A stretch of DNA of 64,000 bases from Alphaproteobacteria bacterium MarineAlpha5_Bin9 (GTDB taxonomy: Bacteria; Pseudomonadota; Alphaproteobacteria; HIMB59; GCA-002718135): assembly GCA_002937895.1 (NCBI GenBank), contig PTKV01000004.1, positions 11,496 to 75,495 of the forward strand, written 5' to 3'. A program made the position numbers and the translations under genes. The notes beneath the pieces were generated by a model. The model was not told where the DNA came from, did not search any database, and saw only the letters and a list, made by a program, of their open reading frames with translations. Of this stretch, positions 54,694 to 64,000 are shown one piece after another (the first letter of the stretch is position 1; every line of letters starts with the position of its first letter).

Positions 54694-54978
54694 TTAATTG
54701 GTTGAATTTAACCTTTTATGAAGAATTTTACCAATTTTAAAATGAATTTTTTTTGTTTCTTCTTTGTATATTTTTTCATTTGTTTTTGGGTTTCTTACAT
54801 ATTTTGCCTTATTTATTTTATTTTTAAAACTTCCAAAGAATCTTATTTCAACGTTATTATTATTAGATAAACTTGAAGTAATTTTATTAAAAAATAATTC
54901 AATTATTCTTTCAGTATCATTAGTGCTTAAGCTTTTGTATTTTTTTTGGAGATTAACAATTAAATCTGATTTTAACAT
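54694..54978 (-). CDS. ihfB: integration host factor beta subunit (HU/IHF family)
   Basis: 94 aa with an IHF/HU fold and an RNPKT arm motif. It lies directly downstream of rpsA, as in E. coli. Confidence 0.8.
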   Translation of the reverse strand: MLKSDLIVNLQKKYKSLSTNDTERIIELFFNKITSSLSNNNNVEIRFFGSFKNKINKAKYVRNPKTNEKIYKEETKKIHFKIGKILHKRLNSTN

Positions 54979-56687
54979 TAAGTTGACTTCTTTTTATCAA
55001 GTGCTTCTCCTAAAATATCTCCTAAAGATGCTCCAGATTCACTTGATCCAAACTGACTTAGTGCTTCTTGTTCTTCTTTAACTTCTTTATCTTTAACTGA
55101 AAGATTTATTTTTCTTGTTTTTTCATCAAAAGAGATAATCATAGAGTCAATTTTTTCTCCTATTGCAAATCTTTCAATTTTTTGTTCAGATTTTTCTTTA
55201 GCCAAATTTATTTTTTTTATAAATCCCGTAACATTTTTTTCAAGTTCTACAACAACACCTTTTTCTTCTGTTGCTAAAATAGTGCCGGAAATAAATGAAT
55301 TAATAGGGTTTTTACTGATATAATCAGAAATTGGATCATTTTCTAAGTGTTTCATACTTAAGCTAATTCTTTCCTTTTGTTTATCAATTTCTAAAATTTT
55401 TAATTTTACTTTTTCGCCTTTTTTTAGTGATTTTAATATTTCTGCGTTTTTATTTTCTTCCCATGATAGATCAGATATATGAACCATTCCGTCTATTTCT
55501 TCGTGTATTTTTACAAATATTCCAAAATCAACTTTATTAACTATTTCTGTTTCAATAATTTCCCCAATTTTATGTATACTTTCAATATTATCCCATGGAT
55601 TTTCTTTTAGTTGTTTTATGCCACAAACAAGCCTTCTTTTTTCATTGTCAATCTCAAGAAGCTTTACTTCTATTTCTTCTTCCATTTGTACTATTTTTGA
55701 TGGATGTGGAGGTTTTTTTAACCAAGTTATATCTTGTTGCTGTACATATCCTTCAAATTCATTTTTTAAGGATACGCTTACATTCGAATCATTTATATTT
55801 ATAATTTTACCATTATATTTTTCTCCTACAGTAAAATTATCTTTTATTTTTTCCCAAGGATCATCTGTTAATTGTTTGATTCCTAAACTTAGTCTAGTAT
55901 TTTCCTCATCATATTTTATTATTTTAACTTCAATTTCTTCACCATTATTTAAAATTTCTGATGGATGATTAAAACTTTTCCAGGATAAGTCACCTTTGTG
56001 TACTAATCCATCTATGCCACCTAGATCAACAAAAGCGCCATAGTCAGTTATATTTTTAACTCTTCCTTTTACAATCGATCCTTCATTAATTTTTGATAAA
56101 AGTTTTTCTCTTTTATCTTTTAATTGTTTTTCTACGATAGCTTTTCTTGAAACAACAATATTTCCTCTTATTTTATCCATTTTGAGTATTACGCAATCCA
56201 TTGGTTTATTTAAGAGTTCTTTTGTATCTTTAATATTATATTTTGAGTCTATTTGACTTCCAGGTAGAAAAGCCACAACTCCATTTAAATCTACTGACAA
56301 ACCTCCCTTAACACGATTGTAAGGGATGCCAACAACTTTTTCACCTTTCTCATAAGAGTTTTTAAGATTATCCCAAGATTCCTGTTTGATCGCCTTTTCT
56401 CTAGAAAGCATGGTTTCACCATTTCTACTATCAAGAGTATCAATAAAAACTTTATATCGGTCACCTATCTTGACTTCTGCTTCTTGACCAGGTCTAGTAA
56501 ATTCTGAGAGAGGTATTCTACCTTCACTCTTAGAGCCAACATCAATTAATACATTGTTTTTATCTATAGAAACAACTTTTCCTTCTACTATTGATTTTTC
56601 GTTGGAGTAGCTGGAATTTATAGTATTTTTAACTAGTTGTTCATATTCAGAATTGGAAATTGAATTAGAAGTTATTTTTTCATTCAT
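54978..56687 (-). CDS. rpsA: 30S ribosomal protein S1
   Basis: 569 aa with six S1-domain repeats. Confidence 0.95.
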   Translation of the reverse strand: MNEKITSNSISNSEYEQLVKNTINSSYSNEKSIVEGKVVSIDKNNVLIDVGSKSEGRIPLSEFTRPGQEAEVKIGDRYKVFIDTLDSRNGETMLSREKAIKQESWDNLKNSYEKGEKVVGIPYNRVKGGLSVDLNGVVAFLPGSQIDSKYNIKDTKELLNKPMDCVILKMDKIRGNIVVSRKAIVEKQLKDKREKLLSKINEGSIVKGRVKNITDYGAFVDLGGIDGLVHKGDLSWKSFNHPSEILNNGEEIEVKIIKYDEENTRLSLGIKQLTDDPWEKIKDNFTVGEKYNGKIININDSNVSVSLKNEFEGYVQQQDITWLKKPPHPSKIVQMEEEIEVKLLEIDNEKRRLVCGIKQLKENPWDNIESIHKIGEIIETEIVNKVDFGIFVKIHEEIDGMVHISDLSWEENKNAEILKSLKKGEKVKLKILEIDKQKERISLSMKHLENDPISDYISKNPINSFISGTILATEEKGVVVELEKNVTGFIKKINLAKEKSEQKIERFAIGEKIDSMIISFDEKTRKINLSVKDKEVKEEQEALSQFGSSESGASLGDILGEALDKKKST

Positions 56688-56699
56688 AAATATTAGCGA

Positions 56700-57353
56700 T
56701 TATAATTTGGAAAAAATTTCATTAAGTTGTTTTTTAGTAAAATCAAATGATTTTGAATTATCTATAATAAATGCATTTTTAGGTATAACTAAAGGGGAAT
56801 GTTTTCTATTTTTATCTTTTTTATCTCTTAATTTCATATTTTTTAAAATCTGGCTGTATATAGACTTTTCACCCTGCTCAATCAACTGTTTATGTCGTCT
56901 TTTTGCTCTTATTTTAACGTTAACTTGAATAAAAAGCTTTATTTTAGCATTTTTAAAAACTTTAGATCCTATATCTCTTCCATCTATTACACAACCTTTA
57001 CCGTTTTTTAATGTTTTTTTTACAATGATTCTTTGCTGTTTATTAACAAAATCCCTTACAATTTTTTTCGTTGCATATATTGAAGATAATCTTGATATCT
57101 CTTCATTTCTCAAACTCACATGTTTTATAGGATTAATTTTAATTTTATTATTCAGAGTCTTTTTTATCCTTAATTCATCACTTACTGTAATTTTATTTTT
57201 AATAAAAAATAAAGTAATCCTTCTATAAATTAAACCAGAATCCAAATGGTATAATTTATATTTTCTGGAAATAAATTTTGCTATTTTTTCTTTACCTGAA
57301 CCAGAAGCTCCATCAATAGTAACAATTATATTATTCAAATAATTTTCCACCAA
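56700..57353 (-). CDS. cmk: cytidylate kinase
   Basis: 217 aa with the P-loop DGASGSGK, in the aroA-cmk-rpsA order. Confidence 0.88.
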   Translation of the reverse strand: MVENYLNNIIVTIDGASGSGKEKIAKFISRKYKLYHLDSGLIYRRITLFFIKNKITVSDELRIKKTLNNKIKINPIKHVSLRNEEISRLSSIYATKKIVRDFVNKQQRIIVKKTLKNGKGCVIDGRDIGSKVFKNAKIKLFIQVNVKIRAKRRHKQLIEQGEKSIYSQILKNMKLRDKKDKNRKHSPLVIPKNAFIIDNSKSFDFTKKQLNEIFSKL

Positions 57354-58638
57354 CTGAATTAAATATATCTTTAAAAAATGGAAAACTAGTATTAATAAAC
57401 TCTGCCTCTTTAATATTCAGATCAGTTCCTAATTTGCTACCTAAAATTAAAAATGACATGGCAATACGATGATCAGAATTAGTTTCAATAATATTAGATT
57501 TAACACTTATTTTCTTTAAAGGATCTATTAATAAATCGTCTCCATTTATTTCTGAATAGATTCCACAGATACATAGATTATCTCTAATTAATTTTAATCT
57601 ATTGCTTTCTTTAATTCTTAATTCACTTAATCCTCTAAAAATAGAGGGTGAATTTGCAAAAGAAGCTGCTATAGCTAATATAGGAAACTCATCTATCATT
57701 AGAATAGCTTCATCTTTATTTGTTTCGCATCCATTTAGTATAGAATATTTTACAAAAATATCGGCTACATCCTCACCATTTATATTTTTTTTATTTTTTA
57801 TTAATATATTAGCACCCATTTTTTTTAGAGTATTAATGATTCCTATTCTAGTAGGATTAATATTTATATTTTTTAATTCTAAATCAGATTTTTCATTTAT
57901 AAGTGCTGCTACAATAAAAAAAGCTGCGCTTGAAATGTCGTTAGAAATATTTATTGTTTTCGGTATTAACTCTTTTCTCCCATTTATAAGTATGTGTTTT
58001 TTTTCACTGTTTTCTGTGATTTTAATATCTGCTTCAAAATTTTCTAACATTAGTTCAGTATGATTTCTTGTTCTAAATTTTTCTATTATTTCTGTTTTGC
58101 CATCTAAAAAAAGTGAAGCCAAAGCTATTCCTGATTTTACCTGAGCGGATGGAACATTTAACTCGTACTTAATAGGTATTAAATTACTTCCTGTAATTGT
58201 AATTGGAAGCAATTTTTTATTAGATTTAATTTTAGCACCCATAGTTGTTACTGGATCAATAATTCTTGCCATTGGTCTTCTTGATAGAGATTTATCACCA
58301 AATAAATATGAATTAAAATTTTGAGCGGATAAAAGACCGATTAGCAGTCTTGCTGTGGTTCCAGAATTTCCCAAGTCAATTTCCTTTTCAGGTTTTTTAA
58401 GAGATAATAATCCATTACCGTGAACCAAAACATCTTTTGAATTTAATTCAATTTTTACTCCCATAGATTTTAATGCATCTAAAGTTCTCATGACATCTTC
58501 TGACATCAAAATATTTTTTATTTCTGTTTTTCCATTTGATATTGAAGAAATAATTATAGATCTGTGAGATATAGATTTGTCACCAGGTATTTTAGGAGAT
58601 CCTTTAATTCCTTCATTAATTTTTGAACTTATTAGCAT
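57331..58638 (-). CDS. aroA: 3-phosphoshikimate 1-carboxyvinyltransferase (EPSP synthase)
   Basis: 435 aa with the motifs PGDKSISHR and LGNSGTTARLL. Confidence 0.93.
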   Translation of the reverse strand: MLISSKINEGIKGSPKIPGDKSISHRSIIISSISNGKTEIKNILMSEDVMRTLDALKSMGVKIELNSKDVLVHGNGLLSLKKPEKEIDLGNSGTTARLLIGLLSAQNFNSYLFGDKSLSRRPMARIIDPVTTMGAKIKSNKKLLPITITGSNLIPIKYELNVPSAQVKSGIALASLFLDGKTEIIEKFRTRNHTELMLENFEADIKITENSEKKHILINGRKELIPKTINISNDISSAAFFIVAALINEKSDLELKNININPTRIGIINTLKKMGANILIKNKKNINGEDVADIFVKYSILNGCETNKDEAILMIDEFPILAIAASFANSPSIFRGLSELRIKESNRLKLIRDNLCICGIYSEINGDDLLIDPLKKISVKSNIIETNSDHRIAMSFLILGSKLGTDLNIKEAEFINTSFPFFKDIFNSVGGKLFE

Positions 58639-58647
58639 TTAATAATT

Positions 58648-59391
58648 TTAAATTGAAAAACCTTTACCTAAATAAAACTTTTTGATTTTTTCATTATTTA
58701 TAGCGTCTTTTGGTTTGCCTTCAAAGAATATTGCCCCTTCATTAACAATATATACTCTATCAACTATTTTTAGAGTTTCTCTAACATTATGGTCGGTTAT
58801 AAGAATGCCAATATTTCTTTTTTTAAGATTTTGAATAATAATTTTTATTTCATCAATAGATACAGGATCAATTCCCGTTAAAGGTTCATCCAAAAGTAAA
58901 TAATTAGGTTTAGAAGCTAATGTTCTTGCAATTTCCAATCTTCTTCTTTCTCCTCCTGATAAGACAATAGATTTTGATTTTCTAACATGATTTATATCAA
59001 ATTCATTTAATAAGTTTTCTAAAATTATATTATGTTTATTTTTATCTTTTTCGGTTATTTCTATAATAGACATAATATTATCTTCAACATTCATACCTCT
59101 AAATATAGAAGCCTCTTGAGGTAAATAGCTTATTCCCATTTGAGATCTTATATAAATCGGAAGAGAAGAAACATCTGATTTATCAATTATAATTTTACCG
59201 CTATCAGGTTTAATTAATCCAACAATAATATAAAACGTTGTAGTTTTTCCCGCTCCATTTGGTCCAAGTAAGCCAACAATTTCTCCTCTTTTTAGATTTA
59301 AACTTACATCTCTTATAACATTTTTTTTACCATAAATTTTTGTTATTTTACTTACTTGAAGACCATCATTTAATATTTGAAATTTACTCAT
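58648..59391 (-). CDS. lptB: LPS export ABC transporter ATP-binding protein
   Basis: 247 aa with Walker A GPNGAGKTTTF and signature LSGGERRRLEIAR. It lies downstream of lptC and lptA. Confidence 0.9.
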   Translation of the reverse strand: MSKFQILNDGLQVSKITKIYGKKNVIRDVSLNLKRGEIVGLLGPNGAGKTTTFYIIVGLIKPDSGKIIIDKSDVSSLPIYIRSQMGISYLPQEASIFRGMNVEDNIMSIIEITEKDKNKHNIILENLLNEFDINHVRKSKSIVLSGGERRRLEIARTLASKPNYLLLDEPLTGIDPVSIDEIKIIIQNLKKRNIGILITDHNVRETLKIVDRVYIVNEGAIFFEGKPKDAINNEKIKKFYLGKGFSI

Positions 59392-60142
59392 TGTTTAATA
59401 TTACTTTGACTCTTTCTGAATCTTTAGATTCTATCTTATATGATTCATCTAAAGTGTTTATTTCGGCATAATCTCCAGTAATAGTTTCATCTTCTCTAAT
59501 CACCTTAACTTTTTCAAATAATTTGATTAAATTATTTTCTTTATCGTATTCAGCTTTTATCGCATATAAGTCCATTTTAGATGTTTTAATATTTGAAATT
59601 ATTTTATCAGTAACAATTAATTTTTTAATTATATTTTCTCCATTAATATTAGAATAGTTACCAATTATACTTTCACCTTTTATTTGTGTTTCTTCTGTAA
59701 TTAGTTCAGAATTAGAACCTATAATTTTAAATTCACCTAAGGCATTATCTAATTTGATTGATTTATTAGATATCATTGTGAATTGATTATTTTTAAGAAA
59801 GGCATTTTTTCCTTCAACATAAATATCTTCATTTTTTACATTATAGTCAACTATTTCTCCCATGACTTGTAATCCTTCTTTAGATTCAATTTCAACATTC
59901 CCCCTTGAATTAATTAATCTTATATCATACAAATCTTTATCAAAATAAGCTTTTACAACATCAGCATTTAATTTTAAATTATCAGATATTATTTTTACTT
60001 CATTTTTTAATAAATAATATTTTTCTTTTTGATAAACTTCTATGCCATCTTTAGTTGTTATTTCAGTTTGGCCAAGTTCTTTAGATTGAACATGACCTAA
60101 CAAAAAAATAAAAATCAAAGATATTCTTATGATCATTTTCAT
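59384..60142 (-). CDS. lptA: LPS transport periplasmic protein LptA (OstA-N family)
   Basis: 252 aa with a signal peptide and a beta-rich repetitive sequence. It lies between lptC and lptB. Confidence 0.65.
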   Translation of the reverse strand: MKMIIRISLIFIFLLGHVQSKELGQTEITTKDGIEVYQKEKYYLLKNEVKIISDNLKLNADVVKAYFDKDLYDIRLINSRGNVEIESKEGLQVMGEIVDYNVKNEDIYVEGKNAFLKNNQFTMISNKSIKLDNALGEFKIIGSNSELITEETQIKGESIIGNYSNINGENIIKKLIVTDKIISNIKTSKMDLYAIKAEYDKENNLIKLFEKVKVIREDETITGDYAEINTLDESYKIESKDSERVKVILNNE

Positions 60143-60588
60143 TTATTCATAATAAGTTTAGTATTTCCATTAAAAAATATTACACTCCCATTATCATTAA
60201 TATTAAAGCCTTCAGAAATAATTGTTGCGGTTTTGGATTCAAATTTACTTTTTTCTTTACTTTCTGCACTTTGATTTTCTTGGTTGTAAATAACCTTTTC
60301 AGTATATAATTTGAAGTTAGGAGATACAATCATTACATTTTTTTCGAGCAAAATTTTATTATTTGTTAAAAAATTTCCACCTTTAGCTTTTACAGAAATC
60401 TTTTCTTTTTCATTTTTGATGGTAAAACTAGGGTTTATAATATCAAACATAGGAACTGATTTAGAGCTGATCATATCAATATTATTATTAGAAATATTAT
60501 TTTGAAAAATAAATAAAATTAAAATTGAGCTAACTAATAATAGTATAGCTATAAGTATCTTTTTGTTTATTTTAAGTAATTTATTCAA
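60139..60588 (-). CDS. lptC: LPS export protein LptC
   Basis: 149 aa with a single N-terminal TM anchor and a small beta-rich domain. The call rests mainly on its position between kdsD and lptA. Confidence 0.55.
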   Translation of the reverse strand: MNKLLKINKKILIAILLLVSSILILFIFQNNISNNNIDMISSKSVPMFDIINPSFTIKNEKEKISVKAKGGNFLTNNKILLEKNVMIVSPNFKLYTEKVIYNQENQSAESKEKSKFESKTATIISEGFNINDNGSVIFFNGNTKLIMNK

Positions 60589-60589
60589 T

Positions 60590-61552
60590 TTATGAGCTTA
60601 GTCTTAATAAATCATGAATATGGATTATTCCTTTTGGAATTGAATTTTTACAAACGAATAAACTAGTAATTTTTTTGTTATTCATTATGTTTAAAGCTTC
60701 GCCTACAAGAGTTTCATAATTAATTGTTGTAGGGTTTATAGTCATTATATTTTTAGCTTGCCTATTTATTATATTCGCATCCATACTTCTTCTTAAATCG
60801 CCATCAGTAATAATTCCTATTAATTTATTACTTTTATTTACAACTCCTACACATCCAAAGCTTTTTTTAGTCATTATAATCAATACTTTTGACATTAGAT
60901 CATTTTCATTCACAAGTGGTAGTTTATTTTTTTCGTGCATTATTTCAGTTATATTTACGAGATCTTTACCAAGGTTACCTCCTGGGTGAAAATTACTAAA
61001 ATTAGACTTGTTAAAGCTTCTTATTTTTAACAAGCATATAGCTAAAGCATCTCCAATAACTAAACTCATAGTTGTTGAACTCGTAGGTGCCAAATTTAGA
61101 GGACATGCTTCTGATGGTTTTTTAAATATTATGGAATGATCTGATTTTTTGTTTAAAAAACTATTTTTGTTTGATGATATACTAAGCAATGGAATATTAA
61201 ATCTCTTTGCATAATTAATCATATCATTTAATTCATGAGATTTTCCAGAATTTGAAAAAGCTAAAATACAATCTTTTTTGGTAATACTGCCAAGATCTCC
61301 ATGACTTGCTTCAGCAGGATGAACAAAATGTGCTGGAGTGCCAGTAGAGGTAAGTGTTGCAGCAGTTTTGTTTGCAATGTGACCACTTTTTCCTATTCCG
61401 GTAACAATAACCCTACCCTTGATATTATATATTATTGATACAATATTAATAAAAGAAGAGTTAAAGGATTTATCTAGTGTTCTTAAACTTTTAATTTCAA
61501 TATCTAAAACTTTTTTTGCTTCTTTTAAAATATTTCTTTTATTAATGATCAT
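60590..61552 (-). CDS. kdsD: arabinose-5-phosphate isomerase (KdsD/KpsF)
   Basis: 320 aa with a SIS domain (GIGKSGHIANKTAATLTSTGTPA) and a CBS pair. Confidence 0.88.
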   Translation of the reverse strand: MIINKRNILKEAKKVLDIEIKSLRTLDKSFNSSFINIVSIIYNIKGRVIVTGIGKSGHIANKTAATLTSTGTPAHFVHPAEASHGDLGSITKKDCILAFSNSGKSHELNDMINYAKRFNIPLLSISSNKNSFLNKKSDHSIIFKKPSEACPLNLAPTSSTTMSLVIGDALAICLLKIRSFNKSNFSNFHPGGNLGKDLVNITEIMHEKNKLPLVNENDLMSKVLIIMTKKSFGCVGVVNKSNKLIGIITDGDLRRSMDANIINRQAKNIMTINPTTINYETLVGEALNIMNNKKITSLFVCKNSIPKGIIHIHDLLRLSS

Positions 61553-61558
61553 ATCAAT

Positions 61559-62173
61559 TTAATGTTTAAATATATCGTTATTATCATTCCATCCTAATAA
61601 ATCTAGATCAGTTTTATATTTTATAAATTCAAAACAAGCCTTGGCTATTCTGTGTCTACCCTCTCTTAAAAGCATTTTGTCCAACTCTTTTTTTATTTTA
61701 TGAAGGTATAAAACATCAGTAGCAGCATATTTTAATTGATCTTTTGATAAAATAAAATTTCCCCAATCTGAACTTTGTGAAGATTTATTAATTTCTACAC
61801 CTAAGATTTCCTTACATAAATCTTTATATCCATGTTGATCAGTGTAACTTCTAGAAAGTTTAGATGCAATTTTTGTGCAATAAATATTTTCTATGTTAAT
61901 CTTGAATTTATACTTTAAAAATGCCACATCAAATCTTGCGTAATGAAAAATTTTTTGAATTTTTTTATCTTTAAGAATTTTTATCAAATTTTTAGGTCTA
62001 TCTTTGATTGAATTTAGTTTTACAAGGTGGCAAACATTATCACCTTTTGAGATTTGAACTAAGCATAGTCTATCTCTTATTGGATTTAAACCCATAGTTT
62101 CTGTGTCAATTGCTATAGAATTCTTAAAATTTAGATTATTTGGTAGATCTTTTTCGTGTAATTTAATCTTCAT
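61559..62173 (-). CDS. short DEDD 3'-5' exonuclease (RNase D-like)
   Basis: 204 aa with the ExoI motif AIDTETMGL and later DEDDy-type motifs (YAATDVLYL). Confidence 0.8.
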   Translation of the reverse strand: MKIKLHEKDLPNNLNFKNSIAIDTETMGLNPIRDRLCLVQISKGDNVCHLVKLNSIKDRPKNLIKILKDKKIQKIFHYARFDVAFLKYKFKINIENIYCTKIASKLSRSYTDQHGYKDLCKEILGVEINKSSQSSDWGNFILSKDQLKYAATDVLYLHKIKKELDKMLLREGRHRIAKACFEFIKYKTDLDLLGWNDNNDIFKH

Positions 62174-62232
62174 AGTTTATTAGCCTTTAAAATAACAACT
62201 TAAGTGCTATATCATTAATTTATAAAGTAGTC

Positions 62233-63138
62233 ATGAAAACAATAGCTATATTTGGAGGCGGGGGTTTTATAGGTCAGAAATTAATAACTTTTTTGGCAAA
62301 TAATGGTTATCATATAATTGTACCTTTTCAAAGAAATACAAATACTGCTAAAATAAGATCTCTTGGCAAGCCAGGTCAAGTAATTCCATTTAAATATAAT
62401 TTATTGTCTGAATCAGCGGTAGAAAAAACTCTCCATTCTTCGGATGTAATAATTAATTTAAAAACTATGTGGGAAGAAAATAATGCCAATACTTATCAAA
62501 AGACAATATTTGATTTTAATGTCAAACTTATAGAATTAATTAATAAAAATAATAAAAATAAATTATTTATTTTTTTTTCAGGACTTGGTGTTAGTAATAC
62601 TTCCTATTCAAATAGAATAAAAATTATATATAAAGTAGAGCAACATATTATTAACAATCATAAGAATTATTGTATTATTAAGCCAGGAGTAGTAATTGGT
62701 AGAGGAGATCCTTTTATCAGTAAATTATCAAATTTAATAAAGCTCTCTCCACTTATTCCTTTATTTGGAGATGGGCATAAAAAATTTCAACCTGTATTTA
62801 TTGATGATATTTTAGAATTTGTAAAAATTATAATTGAAAAAAAATTTCAACAACATATTTTTGATTTAGCTGGTCCTGAAGTGTTTTCTTACAGAAATTT
62901 TTATTTATATATATTTTCTATTAATAATGTAAATAAATTGTTAATTTCCATTCCATTTTTGCTATCGAAAATTTTTACTAAAATATTGAATTATTTTTCT
63001 ATAAAAATAATTACATATGATCAGCTATTAATGTTTAATGAAGATAGTGTGATTAAGAATAAAAATAAATCTTTTAAAGATGTTGGAATGAATCCCAAGG
63101 ATATAAGAATGATCTTAAATAGAAGAAGAGAAAATTAA
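62233..63138 (+). CDS. NAD(P)-binding epimerase/dehydratase-fold protein (NDUFA9-like)
   Basis: 301 aa with the Rossmann motif IFGGGGFIGQ. Confidence 0.7.
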   Translation: MKTIAIFGGGGFIGQKLITFLANNGYHIIVPFQRNTNTAKIRSLGKPGQVIPFKYNLLSESAVEKTLHSSDVIINLKTMWEENNANTYQKTIFDFNVKLIELINKNNKNKLFIFFSGLGVSNTSYSNRIKIIYKVEQHIINNHKNYCIIKPGVVIGRGDPFISKLSNLIKLSPLIPLFGDGHKKFQPVFIDDILEFVKIIIEKKFQQHIFDLAGPEVFSYRNFYLYIFSINNVNKLLISIPFLLSKIFTKILNYFSIKIITYDQLLMFNEDSVIKNKNKSFKDVGMNPKDIRMILNRRREN

Positions 63139-63881
63139 ATTAAATTTAAAATATTAGAAATGGCATTATTAATAATTTTAAGATCATTTTTTTTTGATAG
63201 ACTATGATCGCTGTTTTTTAAAAATCTTATTTGTATATTTTTTCCACTTATTTTTTTAGCAATTGTATTTGTCAGTTGTGGTTTCACCTCTTTATCCTTC
63301 AGTCCATGAATTAAAATAATTGGTATAGTTATATTTAATTTTCTTTTTAATATTGCATTTTTATTTCCATCAATAAAAAAATTTTTTGAAAAAACATATT
63401 TATATTGTCCTTTTTTAATTTGAGTAATTCCATATTGTTTAATTTGATTCCGATTTTTTATTGGCAATTCTTTAAATAAAGGTTTGGTGAAATCAGGAGC
63501 AGCAGCTAAACCAATTAAACCGCAAATTTTTGGTTTTCTTAATTTTGCAACTAAAAACATAAGCCAACCACCCATGCTACTACCTATAAGAATTTGAGGA
63601 CCTTTGGTAATATCTATCATGTTTAAAAGATCATTTTTCCAATCTGAAATCGTGAAATCATTAAAATTTCCTTGGGATTTTCCATGACCCCTGCAATCAA
63701 ATTTTAGAAATGAAATACCTCTTTTTTTTGCATATTTTTCTATGCTTAATGCTTTTGTTCCTTGCATATTAGAATTTAGACCGTGGATAAAAATAATTCC
63801 TGGTGATTTTCCCTTAAAAAATTTATATGCGATTTTTTGATTAAGTTTATTATAAAAATATGGCATCGTATCGAAAGACAA
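63135..63881 (-). CDS. alpha/beta-fold hydrolase
   Basis: 248 aa with an oxyanion-region motif (IFIHGL) and the nucleophile elbow GSSMGG. Confidence 0.75.
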   Translation of the reverse strand: MSFDTMPYFYNKLNQKIAYKFFKGKSPGIIFIHGLNSNMQGTKALSIEKYAKKRGISFLKFDCRGHGKSQGNFNDFTISDWKNDLLNMIDITKGPQILIGSSMGGWLMFLVAKLRKPKICGLIGLAAAPDFTKPLFKELPIKNRNQIKQYGITQIKKGQYKYVFSKNFFIDGNKNAILKRKLNITIPIILIHGLKDKEVKPQLTNTIAKKISGKNIQIRFLKNSDHSLSKKNDLKIINNAISNILNLI

Positions 63882-63908
63882 TAAAATAGTATATTAATTT
63901 GTAATTCA

Positions 63909-64000
63909 ATGAAAGAGTTAAGATTATTGCAAGTATTGCCAGCGTTAGAATCTGGTGGCGTTGAAGAGGGCACCATAGATGTAGCAAATTTTTTAGCTGC
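63909..64000 (+). CDS. 5' end of a probable GT4-type glycosyltransferase (continues beyond the window)
   Basis: My own translation is MKELRLLQVLPALESGGVEEGTIDVANFLA. The LQVLPAL.SGGVE pattern resembles N-termini of group-1 glycosyltransferases, but only 30 codons are visible. Confidence 0.4.
   Translation, partial: MKELRLLQVLPALESGGVEEGTIDVANFLA

Noticed and set aside
54978-56687. Internal repeats suggesting a repeat array
   Set aside because: The periodicity comes from the six S1 domains of ribosomal protein S1. The repeats are at protein-domain level, not a DNA repeat element or CRISPR array.
57602-58063. 153-aa ORF antisense to aroA, plus similar nested antisense ORFs at 17623-18009, 50837-51220, 55618-55968, 3482-3802, 37125-37418, 40398-40679, 29682-29981 and 12240-12503
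   Set aside because: All are fully embedded opposite strongly supported conserved genes. Their translations are low-complexity Ile/Phe/Leu/Ser-rich strings with no recognisable motifs. They are best explained as chance open frames on the antisense strand.

Overview
This is a very AT-rich (about 30% GC by eye), extremely gene-dense chromosomal segment with alphaproteobacterial gene order. Recognisable blocks are trpS; tsaB-rimI-miaB-ybeZ-ybeY-corC-lnt-trmB; nusA-infB-rbfA-truB-rpsO-pnp; fabI-fabB-fabA; ubiE/mutM; rpsT-dnaA-dnaN-recF-gyrB; polA; nrdA-nrdB-grx; chvI-chvG-ahcY-Hcy methyltransferase-metK; tsaE-amgK-murU; trxA; folC-accD-trpA-trpB-trpF-pyrF-ihfB-rpsA-cmk-aroA; and lptB-lptA-lptC-kdsD. 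Composition, tiny or negative intergenic distances and synteny suggest a streamlined SAR11/Pelagibacterales-type genome (inference; no search was run). I call about 68 CDSs, two of them partial at the window edges, and one clear intrinsic terminator. I saw no rRNA, tRNA, CRISPR array, transposase, integrase, prophage, toxin-antitoxin or recognisable defence gene. The largest non-coding gap is 297 bp. This is core housekeeping DNA, and I do not find a convincing undescribed multi-gene system. The observations worth a second look are all small-scale. (1) An unlisted 42-codon basic ORF with an ArfA-like motif lies in the polA/grx gap. (2) Fpg has only 2 of the 4 zinc-finger cysteines. (3) A terminator hairpin sits inside the nusA leader, and rimP is absent from its usual place. 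(4) NrdA has tandem ATP-cones, with possible NrdR boxes upstream. (5) chvIG abuts the methyl-cycle genes directly. (6) A GT2 / Wzy_C-type / orphan ABC ATPase envelope module lies between gyrB and polA. (7) Several head-to-head and tail-to-tail gene pairs have no intergenic DNA. All functional calls rest on motifs read from the supplied translations plus remembered family knowledge.
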